A stretch of 64,000 nucleotides of DNA, from contig CAZRKK010000002.1 of NCBI GenBank assembly GCA_964600695.1, positions 5,354 to 69,353 of the forward strand. The letters run 5' to 3'. Position 1 is the stretch's first letter; each line of letters begins with the position of its first letter. A program made the position numbers and the translations under genes. Source of the stretch: an uncultured Candidatus Saccharibacteria bacterium (GTDB lineage Bacteria; Patescibacteriota; Doudnabacteria; UBA920). Positions 45,062 through 55,249 of the stretch are shown here, in pieces. Under the pieces are notes generated by a model, which was given only the letters and a program-made list of their open reading frames with translations, had not been told where the DNA came from and searched no databases.

Positions 45062-46360
45062 TTAATTAACAATAATTGAATACAATTTTTGGCCAGCTAG
45101 AACAACTAGCTGGTTTTCATTTCCAGAAAGTTGCATCATTGAAGGGGTGTTGTTTTCGAGTAGGGAGTATCTGTTCTGTCCATTGCGGTTGTCTATTTCT
45201 ACTGCTGTAACGTCTTTTGTAGTCGACACAAAGCCGTAACCCAACTCCGGTACAACTACTGCTTGAGTTAATGTTTGGCTGTTGCGATAGAATAATTCGG
45301 TTTTGCTAGAAATAAAATTATAGAAATAAATTTCTGTAGGAGTGGTAAATGTGAGTTCCTGCCGTGTTGAATTAAAATTAACTAATTGAACCTGGTTGTT
45401 TAGTAATTCTGGTTGGCTGTTGATTCTAAATAAAGAAGAATCTACTAACAGAAACAATTCTTTATGGTCTGTTAAGAATAATTGAGTGGACTTTCCCTTT
45501 AATATTTCTCCAGAGAATAGAACACCTTGCTTGGTTAAGGTTTTGCCATCCCAGTAGTAAGTTTGTAAACTGTCTGTTCCAGACTTTGCAGCATAGATAA
45601 TATTATCGCTAAGAGTAAACCCTCTCACATCATCTAGAATAACTTTGGCTGTTCCCTTGGTTTTTAAATTATACGAATAAATGGAGTTATCTTTTAAGGC
45701 AACAATAATATTTTCGGAAATTATATTAATATTGGAGCTATCTTTAAATTGAGTTGGCAAGTCGATTAGTTTTAAATTGCCAACATCTAGTAAGGATAAT
45801 TTTCCAGAGCTAGAAGTTGTTATAACAAAATTGTTAGATTGCGTCTCTTTAAACTTAATAATTTCTTCTGGTAAGGCATTGCTTTGATTAACAACTTTTT
45901 TCTGGCTTAAGTCGTAGAGTGTTATGGTTTTATCAGCACTGCTAAATAAAACTTGGTTGTTAATTACCAAAGCACTGCTTACGATCTTGTCAGTAAAGTT
46001 AATAGGGGTCGAATCTGGTAACAAAATGATTGCCTCGTCGAGACTACCCGCATAGGTTACTTTACCAGCTTCAATAAATAAACTTTTGGACCAGCTTCGA
46101 TAACCGTCTTTTTTTATTTCAATTTGATAGGTACCCTGTTTAACAAAACGCATTGTAGCTGGGGTGGTATCGGATTTCTTTCCATTTAAGTATACTTGAG
46201 CGCTGCTAGGGTCTGTCTGCACATCTAAGATACCAGTGCCATTAGTAGAGTCACTAAAGTTGAGTCCTTTACCGCTCACATAAATTACAATCAGTGGAGC
46301 TAAAGCAAAGAACACTATACAGATAAATAAGAGAATTAAATAACGAGTAATTTTGTCCAT
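45062..46360 (-). CDS. N-terminally anchored PEGA-domain protein with a long beta-rich extracytoplasmic region (432 aa).
   Basis: TM then AQVYLNGKKSDTTPATMRFVKQGTYQIEIKKDGY (PEGA signature). TGgTATAAT lies ~10 nt upstream of the ATG on the minus strand. Confidence 0.55.
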   Translation of the reverse strand: MDKITRYLILLFICIVFFALAPLIVIYVSGKGLNFSDSTNGTGILDVQTDPSSAQVYLNGKKSDTTPATMRFVKQGTYQIEIKKDGYRSWSKSLFIEAGKVTYAGSLDEAIILLPDSTPINFTDKIVSSALVINNQVLFSSADKTITLYDLSQKKVVNQSNALPEEIIKFKETQSNNFVITTSSSGKLSLLDVGNLKLIDLPTQFKDSSNINIISENIIVALKDNSIYSYNLKTKGTAKVILDDVRGFTLSDNIIYAAKSGTDSLQTYYWDGKTLTKQGVLFSGEILKGKSTQLFLTDHKELFLLVDSSLFRINSQPELLNNQVQLVNFNSTRQELTFTTPTEIYFYNFISSKTELFYRNSQTLTQAVVVPELGYGFVSTTKDVTAVEIDNRNGQNRYSLLENNTPSMMQLSGNENQLVVLAGQKLYSIIVN

Positions 46361-46462
46361 TTGTCTATTAATTATACCAAATTTAGCTTAGTTAATAAAT
46401 CAATTTAGTCACTAGTTTTACTGATTGATGATTTTGGTCGAAACAGCTAGAATATAAGGACT

Positions 46463-47785
46463 ATGTCGGATCAAAAACAAACCCACGGCTCTTCTGATAA
46501 TGACAAGTTTATCATTACCGGAGGACAAAAATTAGAAGGAAATATCTCGGTTCGAGGTGCAAAAAACGCTGCTTTAAAGGCTTTAGCAGTGAGTTTAATT
46601 TTAGACGAACCTTCAAAGATTTTAAATGTTCCAGAAATCGAAGATATTAGTCGGTTGGTAGAAATTATGGAAGATCTTGGAGTAGAAATTAATAAACTCG
46701 ATCAAGGCACAGCCCTTGAACGTGGTTACGAAATAAAAAATCCTCGTATTCAGAAAAATAGTATTGCTCCTCATCTGCATCAGAAGACTCGGTCATCAAT
46801 GATGTTAGCTGCACCAATTTTGCTTCAGCACGGCGAAGTAACTTTTGCTTATCCAGGTGGTTGTGTTATTGGGAATCGACCCATAGATTTTTTCTTACAA
46901 GGTTTTAAGGAATTTGGAATCGAAGTTGAAGATCATGATAATGGTTATACTTTGCGAACTGGTGGTAAATTGCATCCAGCTAAAATTGTTTTTTCTCGTA
47001 TAAGTGTCACAGGAACAGAAGCCATGATGATGGTTGCTTGCAAAGTTGCTGGTCGTAGTGAAATTATAAACGCCGCCATGGAACCAGAAGTAGTTGCATT
47101 AGCAGAATTTTTGAATTCATGTGGTGCAAAAATTTCTGGAATTGGTTCGCCTCATTTAGTAATCGAAGGAGTGGAAAAATTAAGAGGGGGAGTTTACACC
47201 ACTATTTCAGATCGAATTGAAGCTGGTACTTTTGCAATTATGGCAGCAGCAACGAATTCTAATCTTACAGTGATGGGGATTGTCCCAGAGCATTTAGAGG
47301 TCTTATGGCAGTTCTTTAACCAGATTGGTGTTAACTATGAGCTAGGCGAAAATAGTGTTACGATAAAGCCATCAGGACAGTCGCTAAAAGCTGTAGCAAA
47401 AGATATAATTACGCATGAATATCCGGGTTTTCCGACAGACCTTCAGGCTCCAATGACAATTCTGATGACTCAAGCTCACGGTTCGTCCCTAATTTTTGAG
47501 ACCATTTATGAAGGCCGATTATTCTATATCGACAAGTTAAACTCGATGGGAGCAAATATATTTATGGCTGATCCACATCGGGTAATGGTAAATGGTCCAA
47601 CAAAATTAGTCGGTAAAAAAATTGCTTCACCAGATATTCGAGCAGGTATGGCGATGGTTATCGCTGGGTTAATAGCAGAAGGCGAGACAGAAATAGACAA
47701 TATTTATCAGATTGACCGAGGTTACGAACGAATCGAAGAACGTTTACAAGCTATCGGTGCAAAAATTAAAAGGGTGCAAGATTAA
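46463..47785 (+). CDS. murA: UDP-N-acetylglucosamine 1-carboxyvinyltransferase.
   Basis: KLEGNISVRGAKNAALK motif. EPT fold. 440 aa. Confidence 0.9.
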   Translation: MSDQKQTHGSSDNDKFIITGGQKLEGNISVRGAKNAALKALAVSLILDEPSKILNVPEIEDISRLVEIMEDLGVEINKLDQGTALERGYEIKNPRIQKNSIAPHLHQKTRSSMMLAAPILLQHGEVTFAYPGGCVIGNRPIDFFLQGFKEFGIEVEDHDNGYTLRTGGKLHPAKIVFSRISVTGTEAMMMVACKVAGRSEIINAAMEPEVVALAEFLNSCGAKISGIGSPHLVIEGVEKLRGGVYTTISDRIEAGTFAIMAAATNSNLTVMGIVPEHLEVLWQFFNQIGVNYELGENSVTIKPSGQSLKAVAKDIITHEYPGFPTDLQAPMTILMTQAHGSSLIFETIYEGRLFYIDKLNSMGANIFMADPHRVMVNGPTKLVGKKIASPDIRAGMAMVIAGLIAEGETEIDNIYQIDRGYERIEERLQAIGAKIKRVQD

Positions 47786-47811
47786 GGTTACACAGCATTA
47801 AGTTTAAGTTT

Positions 47812-48819
47812 ATGTTTCAAAGTAAAATTGGTATCGATTTGGGAACTGCAAATGTATTAGTTCATGTTCCTAAGCGAGGTATTATCATAAATGAACCAAC
47901 AGTAGTTGCTATCTCTGTGGATGACAATCGCGTTTTAGCGGTTGGTCAAGAAGCTAAAGAGATGTTGGGTCGCACTCCCGAAACTATTATTGCTAATCGG
48001 CCGATGCGAGATGGAGTAATTGCAGACTACAGAGTTACAGAGGCTATGCTTCGTTATTTTATTAACAAAGCTTTAGGTAAGGTTCGCTTTTTTCGTCCAG
48101 AAGTAATGATTAGTGTTCCTGGTGGGATCACTTCAACAGAAAGACGTGCGGTTATCGATGCGGCTCGTAGTGCTGGTGCAAAAACTGCCTTTGTAATTAA
48201 AGAAACCGTTGCGGCGGCGATTGGGGCAGGTATTCCTATTTCTTCGGCAAGCGGAAATTTGATTATTGATATGGGTGGTGGCACAACCGATGTGGCAGTA
48301 CTGTCGCTTGGTGGAATTGTAAATTCAACTTCAGTGCGTGTTGCAGGAAATAAAATTGACGCAGCCATCATTGAATACATTCGCAAGAAACATAGTTTAG
48401 CTGTAGGGGAGAGAACTGCCGAAGAAATAAAGATTAATATTGGCAGTGCTTTAGCTTTACCAGAAGAAGAAGTCATGGAAATTAAAGGCCGCGACAACAT
48501 TAGTGGTCTTCCAAAAACTGTAACAATTTCTACTAACGAAGTAGTAGAAGCTATTCAAGAAGAAATTAAAGAAATTGTGAAAGCTGTTAAAACTGTATTA
48601 CAAGATACTCCACCAGAACTAGCCAGTGATATTATTGATAAAGGCATGATTATGACCGGTGGTACTGCGATGCTTCGAAACCTGGATCAGTATATTTCTA
48701 AAGCTGTGGGAGTGCCGTGTTATGTAGCCGAAGAACCTTTGTTGTGTGTGGCTAAGGGCACAGCTATTGCGCTTGAACATCTAGACAGTTACAAGAAGAG
48801 TATTTTGAGTATAAAATAA
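47812..48819 (+). CDS. mreB: Rod-shape-determining actin homologue MreB.
   Basis: IGIDLGTAN, DMGGGTTDVAV motifs. Confidence 0.9.
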   Translation: MFQSKIGIDLGTANVLVHVPKRGIIINEPTVVAISVDDNRVLAVGQEAKEMLGRTPETIIANRPMRDGVIADYRVTEAMLRYFINKALGKVRFFRPEVMISVPGGITSTERRAVIDAARSAGAKTAFVIKETVAAAIGAGIPISSASGNLIIDMGGGTTDVAVLSLGGIVNSTSVRVAGNKIDAAIIEYIRKKHSLAVGERTAEEIKINIGSALALPEEEVMEIKGRDNISGLPKTVTISTNEVVEAIQEEIKEIVKAVKTVLQDTPPELASDIIDKGMIMTGGTAMLRNLDQYISKAVGVPCYVAEEPLLCVAKGTAIALEHLDSYKKSILSIK

Positions 48820-48831
48820 TTTCAAAAATAA

Positions 48832-48854
48832 AAACGGTTGCGGCCGTTTTTTAG
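48832..48854 (+). terminator. First of two tandem terminators after mreB.
   Basis: aacgg ttgcgg ccgtt hairpin plus tttttt. Confidence 0.45.
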
Positions 48855-48863
48855 GTAAAAAAG

Positions 48864-48893
48864 AGACGACCGAATTCGGTCGTCTTTATTTTC
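48864..48893 (+). terminator. Second, strong terminator after mreB. It has a 11-bp perfect palindromic stem.
   Basis: agacgaccgaa ttcggtcgtct followed by ttattttc. Confidence 0.6.
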
Positions 48894-49062
48894 AGGTAAA
48901 CAGAATGTTCTTTAGAAATTTTTTACACTTATTAAAAAGTATAGGAATATAACCCTAAGTATGGTATAATTTATTTAAAGAAAGCTCTGTGAGTTGAAGC
49001 TCTGTCTTAGATATAGACTCAGGCTCAGCAAGCAAACACAGAAGAAATAAATACAAAAAATT

Positions 49063-49632
49063 ATGACTAATGCAAAACGTAAGGCGTTATATTTGTTTTT
49101 GACATCACTGTTAGGGATTTTATTATTACTGATGTTCCATAGATCTCTATTTGTAATCTATGATATCCTCGGTGGATTTTTCCCAACAAACCCATTTTTT
49201 AATGTTCGTTCGGAAGTGGTATTCACTTTAGATTTCTTCACTATGATAATAGCTATGTTTTTGGGTGGATGGTACGGAGTGTGGCTTGGTTTAGATTGGT
49301 ATAAGATGATTTATGAAGAACGTGAAAGCCGAGAATGGTTCCATGGTTTCTTACCTCATCATTGGAGAGGTTATCATGCTCGCAAGCACAAAACACAAAA
49401 AAATTCTGAACCAGAGTTCGAAAAGTTAGATGCAATGTCTAGCCCAAAACGTATTGTGGTAAAAGGACCTGTGGCTGCTTCTCGCCGAGTAGAAAGCTTT
49501 GCCTCTTTTAAAACTGCGCCAGCAGACACCGCTTGGAGCTTTGACGATGTAGCTGCTCCTTCGGAAACTGCTAAGCCAAAACGCAAAGCCGTTGCTAAAA
49601 AACGAGTTGTCAAAAAGAAGGTTGCTAAATAG
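49063..49632 (+). CDS. Hypothetical membrane protein (189 aa) with a basic Lys-rich C-terminal tail.
   Basis: Three predicted TM helices. TGgTATAAT at 48962-48970 upstream. Confidence 0.45.
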   Translation: MTNAKRKALYLFLTSLLGILLLLMFHRSLFVIYDILGGFFPTNPFFNVRSEVVFTLDFFTMIIAMFLGGWYGVWLGLDWYKMIYEERESREWFHGFLPHHWRGYHARKHKTQKNSEPEFEKLDAMSSPKRIVVKGPVAASRRVESFASFKTAPADTAWSFDDVAAPSETAKPKRKAVAKKRVVKKKVAK

Positions 49633-49650
49633 TATATCTAAAATATTCGT

Positions 49651-50025
49651 ATGAAGTTAGATCAGTTAATACTCAAGACAATCATTGTTCAAGTTTTATT
49701 AATGATCACAAAGGTCATATTTTTTAGGTTTCTAAATACAGACTTGTTGCCAATATTGATTTTGTATTATTTAATTCTGGCCGCGATTTCGATTGCAATA
49801 GTCAGAAGGATGGGTGTTTTAAATTATTTTGAAGGTATTCTAGTTACCATAATTTGGTTAGTCTTGAATATTTTAATTGATTTACTAATTACTCAAGCTA
49901 TAATCGATAATGGTGTATTCTCCAATGGTCATTTCTGGATATCTTATTTAGTTTTACCTTTAGCTGTTTTAATTTTCCATAAGAAGGCCCATGTTGAAAC
50001 TAGAAAAGCCTTAAGAAATAGCTAG
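49651..50025 (+). CDS. Hypothetical small membrane protein (124 aa).
   Basis: Three to four hydrophobic helices. Confidence 0.4.
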   Translation: MKLDQLILKTIIVQVLLMITKVIFFRFLNTDLLPILILYYLILAAISIAIVRRMGVLNYFEGILVTIIWLVLNILIDLLITQAIIDNGVFSNGHFWISYLVLPLAVLIFHKKAHVETRKALRNS

Positions 50026-50114
50026 GACCAACGAACGTAGTTAAAACTTCACCTTTAAATAAGGTGATTTTTATTTAAATTGACTTTAGGTGAACGATTG
50101 TATACCATAACAAT

Positions 50115-51431
50115 ATGCAACCAATCATCGCTCATATTGATATGAATTCGTATTTCGCCACAGTGGAACAGCAGGATAACCCTGCTTGGCGTGGTCATCC
50201 TGTGGCAGTGTGTGAGCACTTGGGTGGAATTATTATTGCCGCCAGTGTAGAAGCCAAAAGATGGGGGATTAAAACCGGTACTCCTGTATGGAAAGCTCGC
50301 CGCATTTATCCAAAAATTATTTTAACTAAAACTAGCCCAGAGAGGTATAGATTTTATACGGCAAGGTTTTTAAAAGTATTTGAAGATTATACAGATAGAG
50401 TCGAAAAATATAGTATTGATGAAGCTTTTTTAGATTTAACTAAGTCTTGTAATATCCGTGGTTACAAAGATGGGATTTTACAAAAGTTGGACCCATGGCA
50501 AGAAGCCGCGCGAGTGATTAATGAAATTAAAACTCGCATGAAGACCGAAGTCGGAGATTGGATTACTTGCAGTGCCGGTGTCTCTTATTCAAAGTTAGTT
50601 GCTAAAATTGCTTCGGATTTGCAAAAGCCAGACGGCTTAGTAATTGTTCGTTCCGAGGACAAAGCCGCTCTGTATGATCGCCTTGCCTTAACAGATATTC
50701 CAGGTATTGGATCTCGCATGGAGATTCGTTTAAATAAGTTGGGTGTTAAAACTTTGTCGGAGTTGCGCGATTTTCCACTAACAAAGTTAGTAAGCTATTT
50801 TGGAATTCAAGGTTATCATTTACATAGCATGGGTCAATTAGAGGGGAGTTGGAAAGAAGAATTTGCAGATAACGATGACCAACCAGAAACTGCTTCCATG
50901 AAGTCTATTGGTCATATGTATACTATTCCGCAAGAGTTCCGTAAACAAAAAATTATGAAGCCGGTGTTGTATAAGTTATCAGAGATGGTTGGGGCTCGAT
51001 TGCGGGTTAATGGTTTAGCCGGTGGTGTTGTACATGTTCACGTGCACGACCCAGAGCGGTTGTGTGCCAATCGTGGTGGTAAAATTGGTTATTCCGTGCA
51101 AGATGGCCGCGATATATATTTAGAATGCCTAGCATTGTTAAAGCAAACCGGTATTAGTATGGAGGAGTTAGAAAGTAAGAGTTACTTAGTTGGTGTAACT
51201 GTGGCAGGTTTACAGCCCGTTATAGAGCAACCAAGCTTATTTAAAACTAAGCGCCATACCGGTAAATTAATGGAAGCACTCGATATTATAAACCAAAAAT
51301 ATGAAGATTTTACCATCGCTCGCGTACCAGCGTTCTTAGCCCGCGACATTATCCGTGACTCAATTGGTTTTGGCCGAATGAAAGAATTTAAAACCACTTT
51401 TATGCGAGGTGGGCAAGGCGGTTTTAAATAA
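50115..51431 (+). CDS. dinB: Y-family translesion DNA polymerase (DinB/ImpB type).
   Basis: IAHIDMNSYFATVEQ, IDEAFLDLT motifs. 438 aa with a C-terminal extension. Confidence 0.85.
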   Translation: MQPIIAHIDMNSYFATVEQQDNPAWRGHPVAVCEHLGGIIIAASVEAKRWGIKTGTPVWKARRIYPKIILTKTSPERYRFYTARFLKVFEDYTDRVEKYSIDEAFLDLTKSCNIRGYKDGILQKLDPWQEAARVINEIKTRMKTEVGDWITCSAGVSYSKLVAKIASDLQKPDGLVIVRSEDKAALYDRLALTDIPGIGSRMEIRLNKLGVKTLSELRDFPLTKLVSYFGIQGYHLHSMGQLEGSWKEEFADNDDQPETASMKSIGHMYTIPQEFRKQKIMKPVLYKLSEMVGARLRVNGLAGGVVHVHVHDPERLCANRGGKIGYSVQDGRDIYLECLALLKQTGISMEELESKSYLVGVTVAGLQPVIEQPSLFKTKRHTGKLMEALDIINQKYEDFTIARVPAFLARDIIRDSIGFGRMKEFKTTFMRGGQGGFK

Positions 51432-51472
51432 AATAAAAAACGCTTCATTCAAGGAACAAAGCGTTGGGAATT

Positions 51473-52006
51473 TTAACTACTTGCTGTAACTGCATGAGTT
51501 TCTTTAACTGCAAAAAAGTTTTCAGCCCACTTTTTTATACGGCTCTTTTGCGGTGGCAATGGGGTGCAGGCTAGTAAGATCCAAAATAAAGTATAGGCAA
51601 TATGTTCGACTAATCTTGCTGCACTGACGGGGGTAATAATCCTTGTTAGATATTCATAAATTACAGAATAAGCAAAGTATAATGTCATTCCGTAAAGGAA
51701 AATCCTAACAAATTTATGAAATGAATCGATGCGGTTAGGGTTACAGGTGTTGCTTACTGGTTTTATAGTTTCATCGACTTTATCCGCCCACCATACCAGA
51801 ATTAAAGGGAATAAGAAGATAAATATCGTAAAAATTCCTGTCGAAAGGTCTAAGCCTTTGATCATTATCTTATCTACTGCAACGACACAGGATGCAACTG
51901 CATAAACTAAGATTGCCGCATATTTAATTAACTTTAGACTGATTCCAAAGTTTCTTTGTAATCGATGGCAGGTTTTTTCGACTTTATCACAAATCCAGTC
52001 ATCCAT
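51473..52006 (-). CDS. Hypothetical membrane protein (177 aa).
   Basis: SD AAGGAGG 6 nt upstream of the ATG on the minus strand. Four hydrophobic segments. Confidence 0.45.
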   Translation of the reverse strand: MDDWICDKVEKTCHRLQRNFGISLKLIKYAAILVYAVASCVVAVDKIMIKGLDLSTGIFTIFIFLFPLILVWWADKVDETIKPVSNTCNPNRIDSFHKFVRIFLYGMTLYFAYSVIYEYLTRIITPVSAARLVEHIAYTLFWILLACTPLPPQKSRIKKWAENFFAVKETHAVTASS

Positions 52007-52181
52007 ATTAATTCCTCCTTTTGAAAAATAAGATTACCTCAAAATTTGGGTTTTGTCAATGGTTTGTGGTATAATTAGCTTACAAAATATAGTAAATGAA
52101 AGTGTGGAAGGTGATTTTTTCGCACCTTCTTCCTAGCATTCTGAAATCAAAATTCAAACTAAAAATAGATAACAAAACAAA

Positions 52182-52505
52182 ATGGTTGCGATTCAATTTT
52201 ATAGAAAGTTTATAACCGAATTTGTTCGAGAACAGATGATTGTTCTCGGTCCAAATTTAGCTGTCGACACAGCGAACCGTGCCGAAGGTATAACGATTAA
52301 TAATCGTGGACAGGTTGTAGAAATCGTAGGTGATGGGAGCCAGGTTTTGTATTTGGTCGTGCAGGAGTATTTAAAACTTTCACCACAGCTAACTAACCAT
52401 TCAATCCATTCATTATTCGTTAAATATCCAGACATTGCAGAAGAATATCCAGAACATTTTACAAAAGTTAGCTTAATTTGTCCGTTAATGATTCCTGAAG
52501 CATGA
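52182..52505 (+). CDS. Hypothetical protein (107 aa) translationally coupled to the downstream histidine kinase.
   Basis: ATGA overlap with the kinase start. TGgTATAAT and a leader hairpin upstream. Confidence 0.4.
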   Translation: MVAIQFYRKFITEFVREQMIVLGPNLAVDTANRAEGITINNRGQVVEIVGDGSQVLYLVVQEYLKLSPQLTNHSIHSLFVKYPDIAEEYPEHFTKVSLICPLMIPEA

Positions 52506-54169
52506 TCATAGAATTATTATTACTTGCTGATTTTGCGGTTTTAGGAGTAGTCTTAGCTATCTATTTAAGACGTATTTATCGTGAGCGAAATAAGTTGGTT
52601 GGAGAAGCTAGCCGAACTTTAGAGCTACAGCAGAGAATGTATCAGATTCAGGTGCTTCAGGAGATCAGCGAAAGAATCGGTTACTCATTAGAAGGTAGTA
52701 AGATAATTGAAATCATTACCAACAGTATCGGGAACTTGCTCGAATATGAAACAGTATCATTCATGCTGTACAGCAAGAGTGATTCTGTAGTATTTAAGTG
52801 CCATGTTCATAAAGAAGTTAATCATCGGTTCATTCTTCAGGTCAAAGACCATATGATGGCCGCCACTAACGCTTTGTGTCGTCCTAAAAATCTAAATATA
52901 AAATTGGATGAAAGAATCGGCGGGGCAATTTTAGATGATCAACTTCAAGTTGATGTTAAATCATTTGTAAACATTCCTGTAATTATCGGAACGGAATTAC
53001 TTGGTTTGATAAATATTTCGTCATCTAAACCTGGTTTGTTCGGTTGGCAGCAAGCAGCAGTTTTGTTTACGATTACAAACCAAGCAGCGGTTGCAGTGTC
53101 TCAACTGCAAACCATGTTGGAAAGCGAAAAGGGAAAACTCACAGGGGTAATTTCTGCTATGACAGACGGGGTTTTGATGCTCGATTTAAATAATCAACTT
53201 CAGATTTATAATCCCGCAGTTGTGGATTTACTCGATTTGCCGGTGGGTAGAAAAATTACCATGTTTGATATAGTCGATAGCTTAGCCGGAAAAGTAGATT
53301 TGCGAACTAAAATTGACGAGTCATTAGTTAAGGGAATCCCTATTGAAATAAAAGAATTGTTTGTTCATGATAAAGCTTTAGAGATTACTATCACACCAGT
53401 GCGGGATCATTCCGGGGAGCATCGAGGAGTAGCTGTAATTTTGCATGATGTCACTTCTGATAAAGCTTTAGATAAACTCAGGCAGGAATTTACCGCCATG
53501 ATGGTCCATGAATTACGAGCTCCTCTTACAGCGGTTAGATGGTCAAGCGAAGCGTTGCTTAAAAACTTATCTGGTGCACAACAACAGTTGGAAGCAGTAA
53601 AAGTAAAGGACAGTGTTACCAATATTGATATTGCAGCAACCAACATGCTAGAGCTGGTAAATGATTTGTTAGATGTTGCAAAGATTGAAGCTGGGAAGTT
53701 TGATTTAAATATTCAGGAGTATGATTTGTCGGATGTTATCAATCAAGAGATTCAAACTTTTACACCTCAAGCAGAAGGCAAACACTTAGCTTTGAATTTT
53801 ATTACACCTGGGGTAACGAAAGTAAAGTTTGATAAAGTTCGCATCGGACAAGTATTAGGTAACTTGTTGAGTAATGCTATCAAATATACTGACAGTGGGC
53901 AGATAGATGTAAATTTAACCGTAGATTCTTCTAAAGATGAAGTCGTGATTGCGATAAAAGATACAGGTTTGGGTGTAAGTAGAGAAGATCTCTCTGTATT
54001 GTTTTCTAAATTTAAACAACTGAAAACCTTTGACCGCTCACGCAAAGGCACAGGATTAGGCTTGGTAGTTTCGAGGGGAATTATTGAAGCTCATAAAGGT
54101 AGAATTTGGGCAGAGAGTGCTGGTGAGAACTTAGGGTCCACTTTTTCGTTCAGCTTGCCGATGAAGTAA
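52502..54169 (+). CDS. Sensor histidine kinase (TM anchor, GAF/PAS-like sensor region, HisKA, HATPase_c).
   Basis: H-box MMVHELRAPLTAV. N-box LLSNAIKYT. G-boxes DTGLGV, GTGLGL. Confidence 0.85.
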   Translation: MIIELLLLADFAVLGVVLAIYLRRIYRERNKLVGEASRTLELQQRMYQIQVLQEISERIGYSLEGSKIIEIITNSIGNLLEYETVSFMLYSKSDSVVFKCHVHKEVNHRFILQVKDHMMAATNALCRPKNLNIKLDERIGGAILDDQLQVDVKSFVNIPVIIGTELLGLINISSSKPGLFGWQQAAVLFTITNQAAVAVSQLQTMLESEKGKLTGVISAMTDGVLMLDLNNQLQIYNPAVVDLLDLPVGRKITMFDIVDSLAGKVDLRTKIDESLVKGIPIEIKELFVHDKALEITITPVRDHSGEHRGVAVILHDVTSDKALDKLRQEFTAMMVHELRAPLTAVRWSSEALLKNLSGAQQQLEAVKVKDSVTNIDIAATNMLELVNDLLDVAKIEAGKFDLNIQEYDLSDVINQEIQTFTPQAEGKHLALNFITPGVTKVKFDKVRIGQVLGNLLSNAIKYTDSGQIDVNLTVDSSKDEVVIAIKDTGLGVSREDLSVLFSKFKQLKTFDRSRKGTGLGLVVSRGIIEAHKGRIWAESAGENLGSTFSFSLPMK

Positions 54170-54239
54170 TTAGTATTTCTGTGGATAACTTTTTTTTGCT
54201 CAGAGAGGTATAATATATTTATATTAGTAACTTAAAAAA

Positions 54240-54614
54240 ATGCTGAAAATTGTTTGTGCGGAAGATGACAAAATGATAGCAACTTCTTTGACAGAAGGCT
54301 TTAAAACCGGGGGTTTCGAAGTAACTCCAGCTTATGACGGAGAAGAAGCTTTAGCCAAGATTAAACAAGTTAAGCCTGATGTGGTGCTTTTAGATATTAT
54401 GATGCCAAAGCTTGACGGTATAGGTGTAGTTTGGGAAATGAAGGCAGATTCAGAAATAGCCGACATCCCAGTTGTAATGCTTACTAACTTAAGTGATCCT
54501 GCTACTGTTAGTAAAATTTTAGAAGCCGGTGTTACTGATTATCTTTTGAAGAGTGAACAGACTATAGATCAGATTGTAGAGAAGGTTCATGAAGTAATGA
54601 ACCGCGGGAAATAA
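54240..54614 (+). CDS. Stand-alone response-regulator receiver domain (CheY-like, no output domain).
   Basis: Acidic pocket EDD, phospho-acceptor LLDIMMP, conserved T and K (LKSE). Confidence 0.85.
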   Translation: MLKIVCAEDDKMIATSLTEGFKTGGFEVTPAYDGEEALAKIKQVKPDVVLLDIMMPKLDGIGVVWEMKADSEIADIPVVMLTNLSDPATVSKILEAGVTDYLLKSEQTIDQIVEKVHEVMNRGK

Positions 54615-54625
54615 ATATTATCTAA

Positions 54626-55249
54626 ATGGATGTAATAGCCCATACACTGTGGACAAACGCAGTTTTTCATTTTAAGTATAAGAATCAACGCAGAATGCGG
54701 TATCTTGCCGCTTTTTTTGGTGTTGCTCCGGACTTAGTAGGCTTTACGCCACTCTTTATTTACTTAATTATTTCCGGACGAGTCTTTAATGGAGAAAGAC
54801 TTTCGTTTTTGTATCAAACTCATTGGACTTTCCGATTTGCAGAGGAGGCTTATAACTACACTCATAGCTTAGTTATTTTCGGAATTTGTTTTTTATCAGT
54901 TTTAATACTAGGTAATTTATACAAACATTTAAAGCGTGGTTCTTTGCAAAGCTTTTCTTGGCGGAAGGCATGGTTTTTTTGGCCAATGTTAGGCTGGGCT
55001 TTGCATATCTTGATTGACATACCAACTCATCCAGATTTTTACTCTACGCCTTTCTTGTACCCAATTTCTAGTTTTGAGAATCATCATGGTATGCCCTGGA
55101 GTCATCCAGTATTTATGGTAGTAAATTACACTTTGCTGGCAATGGCTTACGCAGCAATTTCTGTTTACCATCGCCGTCGCCGCAATGCAAAAATCTTAAG
55201 TAAAAGTTTAAATAAAGATGGCAAAAAAAATCACTCGAACAATAAATAA
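54626..55249 (+). CDS. Membrane-bound metal-dependent hydrolase-like protein (DUF457/YdjM-like), hypothetical.
   Basis: N-terminal MDVIAHTLW. Several His and TM segments. Confidence 0.4.
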   Translation: MDVIAHTLWTNAVFHFKYKNQRRMRYLAAFFGVAPDLVGFTPLFIYLIISGRVFNGERLSFLYQTHWTFRFAEEAYNYTHSLVIFGICFLSVLILGNLYKHLKRGSLQSFSWRKAWFFWPMLGWALHILIDIPTHPDFYSTPFLYPISSFENHHGMPWSHPVFMVVNYTLLAMAYAAISVYHRRRRNAKILSKSLNKDGKKNHSNNK

